Sequence record: KT919972.1
Reading direction: 5' to 3' (one strand)
DNA: 64,000 bases
Position numbers and translations under genes: made by a program. Shown here one piece after another: positions 31,286-38,519 of this stretch. Positions within the stretch are counted from its first letter, which is position 1; every line of letters starts with the position of its first letter. The notes beneath the pieces are model-generated. The model worked only from the letters and a program-made list of their open reading frames with translations, made no database searches and was not told where the DNA came from.

Positions 31286-32470
31286 CTAAGCGACGAACGC
31301 TACACGCTGTACGATTGTCTGTTTTTCGTCGCGAAACTCTTCGTGCGCTTTTACAGTCGCTTTTACAGTTACTGAAACGCCTTTCTCAATCGCTTCGCCG
31401 TCGTTATCACGTAGACGCTTTGAACCAAACCACACGATTAGATTGTTTTGTTCATCGCGAAACTTGTGAATGAACGTGTCACCGTAGTAGCCTTCAGAAA
31501 CGATAACCGCTTCAAGAGTGACATTAAAGTTCTCGCGTTTTTTGATAGTACCGACGTACTCAGATTCTGGCAAATCTGCTTTACGTTCAGCTTCGCGTTT
31601 AGCTAGAATCTCGCGCTCTTTTGCTTTGTTGAAAGCTAAGATAGCCGCTGCAATGTAACCAGTTTGTTTGTACTCGATGAATGGTGCAGAACAAGACGCG
31701 ATGACGTTATGCATGAAATCGTTAGTCGCTTCTTGAGTTGCAACCCATTCTAAAATCTCTTTTGCTTGCTCTTCACAATTGTCGTAATCATATTCGTCTA
31801 ACATTGCATCGCGTTCGGTACGAAGTGCAGGTGTACCTGCATTAATCATGTCAAGAACCCATTGACGAGTCACACCGCCACCGTGATAACAACCTTTGTG
31901 TTCAACATACATAGCAGCCCAAGCAAGAATCTGAAGCGCGTTATATGAAATTTTACGAGAACCACCACCCCAAGACTCTTCATCACCGAAATCAGCGATT
32001 GCAGTGTAGAACGTCGCTAGTGAGTCGATAGATTTAGTCGGCAAGTAGTATTTCAAGCATGAACCACCGACGCGCATTTCTTCTTTAGTCTCTTCATTCT
32101 GAATGACGTAAGTTACATTGCGTTGACGATTAGAGTTACAGTGATCGCATGTTGTGTCGCCTAGAAGATGACGGTGATTTGTTTCGTTGTTTGAACGAAT
32201 AAGATTTGTCGCGTGGTCAAGTTGAGTCAAGAAAGACCAACCTTTAGTTGACGGGTATTCACCGCGAATAGTAACATCAACGTAGTATTCACGATGCTTT
32301 TGGTGATTGATAATAATGACTTTTGAGTACACTTCACCGAACTCAAATATAATTTCAGCAACACCGAGACGTTTTGCAATCTTGTTAGTAGATGCAATAC
32401 GCGCTTCAAACTCGCTCATGTAGATTGATTTGATTGTGTAAGTGTTTTCGAATTTGTTTAGTGAAGTCAT
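31286..32470 (-). CDS. Hypothetical protein with Cys/His cluster and C-terminal OB-fold-like domain
   Basis: 394 aa. CDHC...VGGSCLKYY cluster, and a C-terminal YVG..K.R....VTL...HKFRD...WF...TVKATVKAHEEFRDEKQT..QR pattern. Confidence 0.75.
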   Translation of the reverse strand: MTSLNKFENTYTIKSIYMSEFEARIASTNKIAKRLGVAEIIFEFGEVYSKVIIINHQKHREYYVDVTIRGEYPSTKGWSFLTQLDHATNLIRSNNETNHRHLLGDTTCDHCNSNRQRNVTYVIQNEETKEEMRVGGSCLKYYLPTKSIDSLATFYTAIADFGDEESWGGGSRKISYNALQILAWAAMYVEHKGCYHGGGVTRQWVLDMINAGTPALRTERDAMLDEYDYDNCEEQAKEILEWVATQEATNDFMHNVIASCSAPFIEYKQTGYIAAAILAFNKAKEREILAKREAERKADLPESEYVGTIKKRENFNVTLEAVIVSEGYYGDTFIHKFRDEQNNLIVWFGSKRLRDNDGEAIEKGVSVTVKATVKAHEEFRDEKQTIVQRVAFVA

Positions 32471-32512
32471 AATGTTCTCTCTTGTAATGGACGATTCGTT
32501 TCGTTGATAGAG

Positions 32513-32541
32513 ATATTACGGCTTTTTGGTGTTGTCGTCAA
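32513..32541 (-). promoter_or_regulatory. Sigma70-type early promoter
   Basis: TTGACG-17 bp-TAATAT on the minus strand, upstream of ORF 32470. Confidence 0.82.
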
Positions 32542-32552
32542 CCAATAGATAC

Positions 32553-32578
32553 AAAAAAAGCGCAAAAATGCGCTTTTT
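32553..32578 (-). terminator. Intrinsic terminator ending the 34159-32643 cassette
   Basis: Minus strand AAAAAGCGCA-tttt-TGCGCTTTTTTT. Confidence 0.8.
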
Positions 32579-32642
32579 AATTATCAAGCAGGTACGAAAT
32601 CTGCTGAATTCATGAAAATCTTGAAATGTTTTCATTGCTCTC

Positions 32643-33563
32643 TTATTTTCTAATGAAATATGTTTTAGTCGAGACTTTCCCTTCGACCGTTTTATATGTG
32701 TAATTCGGTAATGTATCAGCATATCGTTTTACTAAACGATTGTATAGTTTTATTCTCGAATCACTGTCGTTTTTTATATCTCGCTCTGCACTGAAATAAA
32801 TTGTTTCTGGCTCTCGCTCGTCTATAAATTCACGCATACCGCTCATTACTGTCGCAAACACACCATACATATTGCCTCGACCTGTTGCGCTGTAAGTATA
32901 ATCACCCGAACTGTTCATACCTAAGAACACAAGTTCCCATGCATCGTTTTGTTCTTGATACTGTATTGCAATCGCGTATTCGTCCCCGTTTACCGTAAAC
33001 GTACCACCCCAACTGTGAATTCTCTTCTCAACCCAGTGTATTTTAGATGGTCGGTCAAATGCCTCAGTCAAGTTAACCGAAGACAGCCATTCACGCCATG
33101 TCTTCTTATTACCGATCTTGGCAAATGGGATATCGTCATGATCTAGCCACTGAGCCGAGCGGTCATATGACTGAGAAGTATCAAACCCTCTATAATCATC
33201 ACCAACCCACAACCATTTGTGATGCCATATTTGGTTTACTTGACGTGGTTTAGAAACAACACCGTCTCTGTAAGTAATCATCATACCCGCGGCTGGTTCT
33301 TGTACAGTATCAAATTCAACTGAATCGTAGAAGGCAACTCCACCTTTCTTGTAGTCAATTCGTACTACATTCGGAGTAAATTGTGGGTTTGCAATTGATA
33401 CTTGAGTACGAGCATCAGCAACCATTTGCTTGAACTCATCTGGTATATAGTCAATGTGAACATATAATGAACCGCCAATGTCTTTACCCACGCCCCACTT
33501 GCTGCGTTTTACTGCACTACCTTTTCGAGTTTTCAATGTAGCGCGTTCAAAAATTATGCTCAT
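32643..33563 (-). CDS. Two-domain hypothetical protein with a putative gp21 cleavage site (LTE|A) between the domains
   Basis: 306 aa, coupled to the upstream ORF. The N-domain resembles the C-terminal domain of phosphorothioation-associated putative methyltransferases (from memory). Confidence 0.75.
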   Translation of the reverse strand: MSIIFERATLKTRKGSAVKRSKWGVGKDIGGSLYVHIDYIPDEFKQMVADARTQVSIANPQFTPNVVRIDYKKGGVAFYDSVEFDTVQEPAAGMMITYRDGVVSKPRQVNQIWHHKWLWVGDDYRGFDTSQSYDRSAQWLDHDDIPFAKIGNKKTWREWLSSVNLTEAFDRPSKIHWVEKRIHSWGGTFTVNGDEYAIAIQYQEQNDAWELVFLGMNSSGDYTYSATGRGNMYGVFATVMSGMREFIDEREPETIYFSAERDIKNDSDSRIKLYNRLVKRYADTLPNYTYKTVEGKVSTKTYFIRK

Positions 33564-33565
33564 TA

Positions 33566-34159
33566 TTACCTCGTTGCTGCGTTTGTAATATTGCGAATCA
33601 TACGAATTGCGTATTCATTATCGCCAGTCATAGCCGATGACGCTGCTTTATCGACGTAAAATGTGCTATCTTCAATCATGTTCAAGTGATGGTAAATCTC
33701 ACGAAAATCATGACGGTCGTATTCTTTCACATTAAAACGAAACGCACCTGCCTGCTTATCTTCGTCATGAACACGCTTGTATTCATCTACGACACGAATC
33801 ATTTCGGTTGCGTATTTCTTCATTTCCATGTTATCAAGCTTTAAACGCTTTGCAGCTTTCATTACTTCGTCACGAGGACGTTCAAGCTCGATTACGTCTT
33901 TAAGAACATTCAGACTGTGAATTGTGTTCACTGCTGCACGCTCCATTCTTAGCTTATGGTCTTCTAGTGACTTATTGTGCTTTCTAAGTTCACCCGATGC
34001 TGTCGCACTCGCGATCAAACCTGCAAACACACCCCAGAAGCCACCTTTGCGCTGCATACGCTTTTTAACTTCACCTTTCGAACCCGATGTTGCTGCTTTA
34101 AATTGAGCCCATCTACCGGTTTGTTTAGCTTTGTCCATTTCTGTTAAAAATTCTATCAT
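33566..34159 (-). CDS. Hypothetical protein, putative internal head protein
   Basis: 197 aa. N-terminal MIEFLTE| resembles a capsid-targeting propeptide. Lies downstream of TCTAAATA. Confidence 0.75.
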   Translation of the reverse strand: MIEFLTEMDKAKQTGRWAQFKAATSGSKGEVKKRMQRKGGFWGVFAGLIASATASGELRKHNKSLEDHKLRMERAAVNTIHSLNVLKDVIELERPRDEVMKAAKRLKLDNMEMKKYATEMIRVVDEYKRVHDEDKQAGAFRFNVKEYDRHDFREIYHHLNMIEDSTFYVDKAASSAMTGDNEYAIRMIRNITNAATR

Positions 34160-34181
34160 TGTTAACCCCTTTGTTTACTAT

Positions 34182-34189
34182 TATTTAGA
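34182..34189 (-). promoter_or_regulatory. Putative late promoter variant TCTAAATA
   Basis: Minus strand, 22 nt upstream of ATG 34159 and just past a terminator. Confidence 0.62.
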
Positions 34190-34196
34190 CGCAAAC

Positions 34197-34225
34197 GAAA
34201 AAAGGGCGACCGAAGTCACCCTTTT
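34197..34225 (-). terminator. Intrinsic terminator (UUCG loop)
   Basis: Minus strand AAAAGGGTGAC-TTCG-GTCGCCCTTTTTT. Confidence 0.9.
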
Positions 34226-34237
34226 AAATTGGTTAAT

Positions 34238-34864
34238 TTAACCGTATACTGATTTGATATTGTCGAAAAACGCAGTTGAACCGTGTAGTTTCGCTACAAC
34301 ATACGATGCATTCTGACGAACAAGTTGTTTAACGTTCAGTTCTTTCAACTGCTCTTTTGACAAGTTCGCGCTATGTACAAGCGTAAGAATAGAACGTGCG
34401 TGATCTGACAATGCAAGCGTTGAAATATAACGAGCTTGCTGTTTCGGTTCAAGCTTTTTAAATGCATCAACCGCTTGTGGACCCGCAACAGCTACTGCAC
34501 GCCCCAGACCAAGATTGAGAACACGTGTCAATAGAGATTCCATCCCTAATACAGGCTTACGTGGCGACTCGCGTTTTGGCATGAGTACTTCTAATTTACC
34601 GTCACCTTTCAACGTGTATACAGGAATCTCGGTGTGACCGAACGTTTCGAATCGAGTGACCATGATTTCAGGTGCATTCTGAACGTTAGCTTGAACACGA
34701 CGACGAAGACGCTCATCATATTCACCGCCATTAAGTGAATATACAATCTCTGCAACTGTCAAGTCACGCTTTTCAAGCAATTGAATTACTGCTTTGCGGA
34801 AGTTACGACGCTTAGGTGACTCGTTAGTTGCAAGTGCTTTACGTACGATGTCTAAATCTTTCAT
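34238..34864 (-). CDS. Hypothetical early protein, possible N-terminal winged HTH
   Basis: 208 aa with GAGAG SD. IQLLEKRDLTVAEIVYSL pattern. Confidence 0.7.
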   Translation of the reverse strand: MKDLDIVRKALATNESPKRRNFRKAVIQLLEKRDLTVAEIVYSLNGGEYDERLRRRVQANVQNAPEIMVTRFETFGHTEIPVYTLKGDGKLEVLMPKRESPRKPVLGMESLLTRVLNLGLGRAVAVAGPQAVDAFKKLEPKQQARYISTLALSDHARSILTLVHSANLSKEQLKELNVKQLVRQNASYVVAKLHGSTAFFDNIKSVYG

Positions 34865-34879
34865 AATATATTTCTCTCA

Positions 34880-35146
34880 TTAAATTACGATTGGCTCTTG
34901 AATAGCCATGAATGTCTTGCCAGTGAATTCTTGATATGCTTCATGAAAGCTGTCAAGTTCATCGTCAACAATTATTTTTTCACCAGTATCAAATGAATAT
35001 AAAATACTGTCATATTTACCAGTTGCAGTATTAAACATCGGTTCAGTTGTGAATTTAACGCCACACGGTGTATAAAACTCTCTAGGTTTTTCAACAGGAA
35101 CTTGTACAGCGTTATGTTCAGCAAAAGCTGCTTCGAGTTTGTTCAT
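34880..35146 (-). CDS. Hypothetical early protein
   Basis: 88 aa, directly downstream of a consensus sigma70 promoter, with GAGAG SD. Confidence 0.75.
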   Translation of the reverse strand: MNKLEAAFAEHNAVQVPVEKPREFYTPCGVKFTTEPMFNTATGKYDSILYSFDTGEKIIVDDELDSFHEAYQEFTGKTFMAIQEPIVI

Positions 35147-35183
35147 ATTCTGCTCTCTTAGTTATGTTGTGTTAACGATGACT

Positions 35184-35212
35184 ATAATAAGCAAAAACAT
35201 TTGAGTTGTCAA
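35184..35212 (-). promoter_or_regulatory. Sigma70-type early promoter
   Basis: TTGACA-17 bp-TATTAT on the minus strand. Confidence 0.85.
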
Positions 35213-35701
35213 CTACTTTCTTCGCCATCTCTCAAGTTTTTCATCATATTCGCTATGCTTCCATAAGTCGAATACGATTGTACCTCTCTGAAACCACCAG
35301 ACCAATGAAATAGTATCATTTAACTTAGGGTCTTTTGGGTTTTTCCCTGAATAAAATTCACTACTAGGGTGTGAGTGATAAATCGACTTTTTAACTGCGA
35401 ACTTATACCCACCTTCAGGTTTACCGACTTCTTCTGGCGGGTATAAGTTACCTAGATACGCAACTTGATATACAGTGTTCTTGAATACGATTCGACTTGA
35501 ATCAATATTGAAGAGCAAGTTCTGGTATTGAGCAGCATTCGCAGCAATCTTCCACGGGTGCTTCGGTTTCGTTTCTAGTAACTCATCGATTTTCGGCTCA
35601 GGGATTAGTTTGGCTAGGTTATGATTACCCCACCCCTCTTCAAGTGATAAACTCAGTTCGATACCGTAAAGCGTGTTTTCATATTCATTAAATCGTAACA
35701 T
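35213..35701 (-). CDS. Hypothetical protein: putative propeptide plus possible HigB/RelE-like RNase fold
   Basis: 162 aa. N-terminal MLRFNEY...LSLEE| and C-terminal ISLVWWFQRGTIVFDLWKHSEYDEK. Confidence 0.7.
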   Translation of the reverse strand: MLRFNEYENTLYGIELSLSLEEGWGNHNLAKLIPEPKIDELLETKPKHPWKIAANAAQYQNLLFNIDSSRIVFKNTVYQVAYLGNLYPPEEVGKPEGGYKFAVKKSIYHSHPSSEFYSGKNPKDPKLNDTISLVWWFQRGTIVFDLWKHSEYDEKLERWRRK

Positions 35702-35704
35702 AAA

Positions 35705-36217
35705 TTACCTCAGATAAATGAAGCTGTTCGAAAGACGGTCGTGAACTAAAAGATGACCATTTCGCTTAACCCAATATTCAATCGTCTTCAATTCGTGAGA
35801 GTCGCGTCGACCTATATTCCAATCATGAATCACATCATGCGCAACTGGCTGATATAGCTCATCACCACGGCGATAAGTAGGCATCCATTTAGGCTTGAAT
35901 TCGTCCTTGATTACTAATGTTACGTTTTCATCACCTAAAGGGGCATTAGCAGAAACACCTTCTAATTCTTTCTTAACGTCGTCTGAAAGCTCTTTGACTA
36001 CAATCGCGTCCGATTCATCGACTGATTCACAGCGCGTCTCAGACTCGATTACAGAGCATTCTAGTGGTAGTTCTTTAACCTCGCGTAGCTCGTGTGTGAA
36101 TAACTCGTCGATCATCTTGCTTTTAGTCAGCGATTTATCAAGTTCGATGTCGTAGTACTCTTTTGCAAATTCTGCAACTACGCGCTTGGTTTGTTTCTTT
36201 AGATATTCTTTAATCAT
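35705..36217 (-). CDS. inh: Inh-like protein, paralogue 2 (syntenic with T4 inh beside uvsW)
   Basis: AEFAKEYYDIELDK aligns with DEFAKEYYGIELDR of 30387. C-terminal LKTIEYWVKRNGHLLVHDRLSNSFIYLR. Confidence 0.8.
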   Translation of the reverse strand: MIKEYLKKQTKRVVAEFAKEYYDIELDKSLTKSKMIDELFTHELREVKELPLECSVIESETRCESVDESDAIVVKELSDDVKKELEGVSANAPLGDENVTLVIKDEFKPKWMPTYRRGDELYQPVAHDVIHDWNIGRRDSHELKTIEYWVKRNGHLLVHDRLSNSFIYLR

Positions 36218-36226
36218 AGTTTTACC

Positions 36227-36436
36227 TTAGCATTCAATTGTTACCCACACATTTCGATTTAAATCGAAAAATGTAAGTTCATTATCTGCACCGTTTTCAT
36301 TTTTACGTTGTTCTTCTCGATTGCAATCAAGATGTGGTAGATAATGCTTGCATAAAGTCGCGTGATATTTCTTGCCTTTATGCTCAAACTTAAAGCAACC
36401 ATCTTTCATCTTGTAAAACATTTCGTCTCTTGTCAT
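36227..36436 (-). CDS. Small hypothetical protein (SH3/WYL-like pattern HATL...FFDL..N.W)
   Basis: 69 aa with GAGG SD, downstream of TCTAAATA. Confidence 0.65.
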   Translation of the reverse strand: MTRDEMFYKMKDGCFKFEHKGKKYHATLCKHYLPHLDCNREEQRKNENGADNELTFFDLNRNVWVTIEC

Positions 36437-36449
36437 GAATTTAGACCTC

Positions 36450-36457
36450 TATAAATA
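36450..36457 (+). promoter_or_regulatory. T4-type late promoter (uvsW)
   Basis: TATAAATA 43 nt upstream of ATG 36501. Confidence 0.82.
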
Positions 36458-36467
36458 CAGTTATACA

Positions 36468-36475
36468 TATTTAGA
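36468..36475 (-). promoter_or_regulatory. Putative late promoter variant TCTAAATA (36436-inh-35213 operon)
   Basis: Minus strand, 31 nt upstream of ATG 36436. Confidence 0.6.
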
Positions 36476-36500
36476 CAAAACTCGCATAGAGAGAAAAATC

Positions 36501-38033
36501 ATGACATGTGACATTAAAATTGAGTACCACGATGAGAGTTATGCGAGAGTCGTAGCCGAGCCAAGCATCACTCACGAAATGATTGACTATTTCTCATTTC
36601 TAACAGATGGGTACAAATTTAACCCGAAATTTAAAATGGGCATTTGGGATGGCAAAATTCGACTAATGACGTATCAAGGTCTATTACCATACGGTCTAGT
36701 CGGACAAGCTAAAGCGTTTGCATCAAATATGATGTATACGATTGAAACCGATCCAATGCTAGATCCGATTGAGAAAATTTCTCGTGAAGATTTCGAAGCA
36801 TGGGTTGAGTCTATTGACATCTACTCAGGGTCGAATAAGATTTCACCGTATTGGTATCAGATGGACTCTGTGTTTCACGGAATTAACAACCAACACAGTC
36901 TATTGAATCTACCAACATCTGCGGGTAAATCATTAATTCAGTCGCTGATTACTAAATGGTTCTTAGCACAAGAAGAGCACGAACTTCAGAAAGTATTAGT
37001 GATTGTACCTACAACTGCACTTGTCCAGCAAATGCGCGATGACTTCTTAGATTATCGTTTATTCGAACACAACGACATTTATCAGATTCGTGGTGGGGTT
37101 GATCGAGACGCAATCGGTGACTGCCGAATCGTTGTATCTACATGGCAATCTGCTGTAAAACAACCGAAAGAATGGTTTGACCAATTCGGTATGCTTTTAG
37201 TCGATGAGTGTCACTTAGCAACAGGTAAGTCATTAGACGGCATCATCAAGAAAATGACAAACTGTGAATACAAAATCGGTCTTACTGGCTCACTTCGAGA
37301 CGGTAAAGCGAATATTCTACAGTACGTTGGTTCATTCGGTGATATTTTCCGACCTGTTTCGACTGCACAGCTAATGGAAGAAGGGCAAGTAACAGATCTG
37401 AAGATAAACTGTTTAATGCTTGAATACCCACAGCCGTTACGTGATGAAATGAAGGGCAGTTCATATCAAGAAGAAATGAAATTCATTCTTGAGAACAAGC
37501 AGCGAAATCGTTACTTGATTAAGCTTGCGCATCACTTGAGCGCGAAGAAAGGCGAAAACACGCTATTGCTGTTCAAGAACATCAAACACGGTAAATTGCT
37601 TTACGAAGCATTGAAGAGCGTATATGACCCAGAGAAAGTGTTCTACGTATCTGGTGAAACTAAAACTGACGACCGTACGCATGTTAAGAAGATTGCAGAA
37701 GATATTGACGGGGCTATTATCGTAGCATCGTATGGTGTATTCTCGACTGGTATCAGTATCAAGAAACTACACAATGTAATTTTCGCACACCCAACGAAGA
37801 GTAAGATCATCAACTTGCAGTCGATTGGTCGTATTCTACGTAAACACGGTTCGAAAGTTACGGCGAAGCTGTTTGATATCATCGACAATTTGGCAATCAA
37901 GCCGAAACGTAAGAACGCTAAGAAGCCGTACACTCACGTAAATTACACAATGCGGCATGGTATGCAACGTATTGAGCTTTACAACCAAGAAGAGTTCAAA
38001 TACGCAGTCAAGAAAGTAGATCTTGCCGCATAG
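36501..38033 (+). CDS. uvsW: UvsW SF2 helicase
   Basis: LPTSAGKS, VDECH, IGLTGS and LQSIGRILRK motifs. Start set to ATG 36501. Confidence 0.97.
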   Translation: MTCDIKIEYHDESYARVVAEPSITHEMIDYFSFLTDGYKFNPKFKMGIWDGKIRLMTYQGLLPYGLVGQAKAFASNMMYTIETDPMLDPIEKISREDFEAWVESIDIYSGSNKISPYWYQMDSVFHGINNQHSLLNLPTSAGKSLIQSLITKWFLAQEEHELQKVLVIVPTTALVQQMRDDFLDYRLFEHNDIYQIRGGVDRDAIGDCRIVVSTWQSAVKQPKEWFDQFGMLLVDECHLATGKSLDGIIKKMTNCEYKIGLTGSLRDGKANILQYVGSFGDIFRPVSTAQLMEEGQVTDLKINCLMLEYPQPLRDEMKGSSYQEEMKFILENKQRNRYLIKLAHHLSAKKGENTLLLFKNIKHGKLLYEALKSVYDPEKVFYVSGETKTDDRTHVKKIAEDIDGAIIVASYGVFSTGISIKKLHNVIFAHPTKSKIINLQSIGRILRKHGSKVTAKLFDIIDNLAIKPKRKNAKKPYTHVNYTMRHGMQRIELYNQEEFKYAVKKVDLAA

Positions 38034-38038
38034 ATACG

Positions 38039-38067
38039 AAAAAGGGAGCAATTTGCTCCCTTTTTTT
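38039..38067. terminator. Bidirectional terminator
   Basis: AAAAAGGGAGCA-att-TGCTCCCTTTTTTT between uvsW and the convergent uvsY operon. Confidence 0.9.
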
Positions 38068-38068
38068 A

Positions 38069-38179
38069 TTAGTCTGAAAAGATTGCTGAGAGAATCGCAC
38101 CGATTAACTCAAAAAATAATTCAAATGGCGCCCATAGCCAGTCGAAGAACCCGCGATCTCGTTTACGATTCTTACTCAT
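38069..38179 (-). CDS. 36-aa basic/hydrophobic peptide (absent from the ORF track)
   Basis: Translated by hand as MSKNRKRDRGFFDWLWAPFELFFELIGAILSAIFSD. Starts 4 nt after the upstream stop and ends at the terminator. Confidence 0.6.
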   Translation of the reverse strand: MSKNRKRDRGFFDWLWAPFELFFELIGAILSAIFSD

Positions 38180-38183
38180 ATCT

Positions 38184-38354
38184 TTACCCGTTTAGCAGTT
38201 GTGTTTCTACAAGTTGCGTTTCGCCACCAGACTCAGAAATAGACATTTCTGATAAATGTTGCTGACATTGACCTGCGTGAACTGTGCCTTGTGGCGTATC
38301 AATAGTGACATCGCCTTCTTTAATAGGTTGTTTACATACAACACAATGTGCCAT
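38184..38354 (-). CDS. uvsY.-2: UvsY.-2-like small protein
   Basis: MAHCVVCKQPIK...VHAGQC...ETQLL matches T4 UvsY.-2 (ICVVCKTPI...VHPGPC...ETQLL). Confidence 0.85.
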   Translation of the reverse strand: MAHCVVCKQPIKEGDVTIDTPQGTVHAGQCQQHLSEMSISESGGETQLVETQLLNG

Positions 38355-38518
38355 TAGTCTAACCCCTTTTTTATAAGTGATTGATAGAGATAAAACCCAT
38401 CGACTTGTAAAGAGCCATGAAGTTCCCATCCCTCGTTAAGTAGTTTCTGCACTTCTTCTTCAAAAGTTCTTGAATTATTGCCATGCACTACTTTGTATTT
38501 AATGTAATCAGTCTGCAT
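38354..38518 (-). CDS. 54-aa protein, DUF1737-like (absent from the ORF track)
   Basis: Translated by hand as MQTDYIKYKVVHGNNSRTFEEEVQKLLNEGWELHGSLQVDGFYLYQSLIKKGLD. TAATG overlap with the next gene. Confidence 0.75.
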   Translation of the reverse strand: MQTDYIKYKVVHGNNSRTFEEEVQKLLNEGWELHGSLQVDGFYLYQSLIKKGLD

Positions 38519-38519
38519 A

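Noticed and set aside
32516-32722. 68-aa ORF as given in the track
   Set aside because: It overlaps the upstream gene's end and runs through a terminator and a promoter. Only the MKTFQDF portion has an SD (reported as a low-confidence finding).
38034-38070. UvsW.1 homologue or frameshift extension of uvsW
   Set aside because: uvsW is followed directly by a bidirectional terminator, with no downstream plus-strand ORF.
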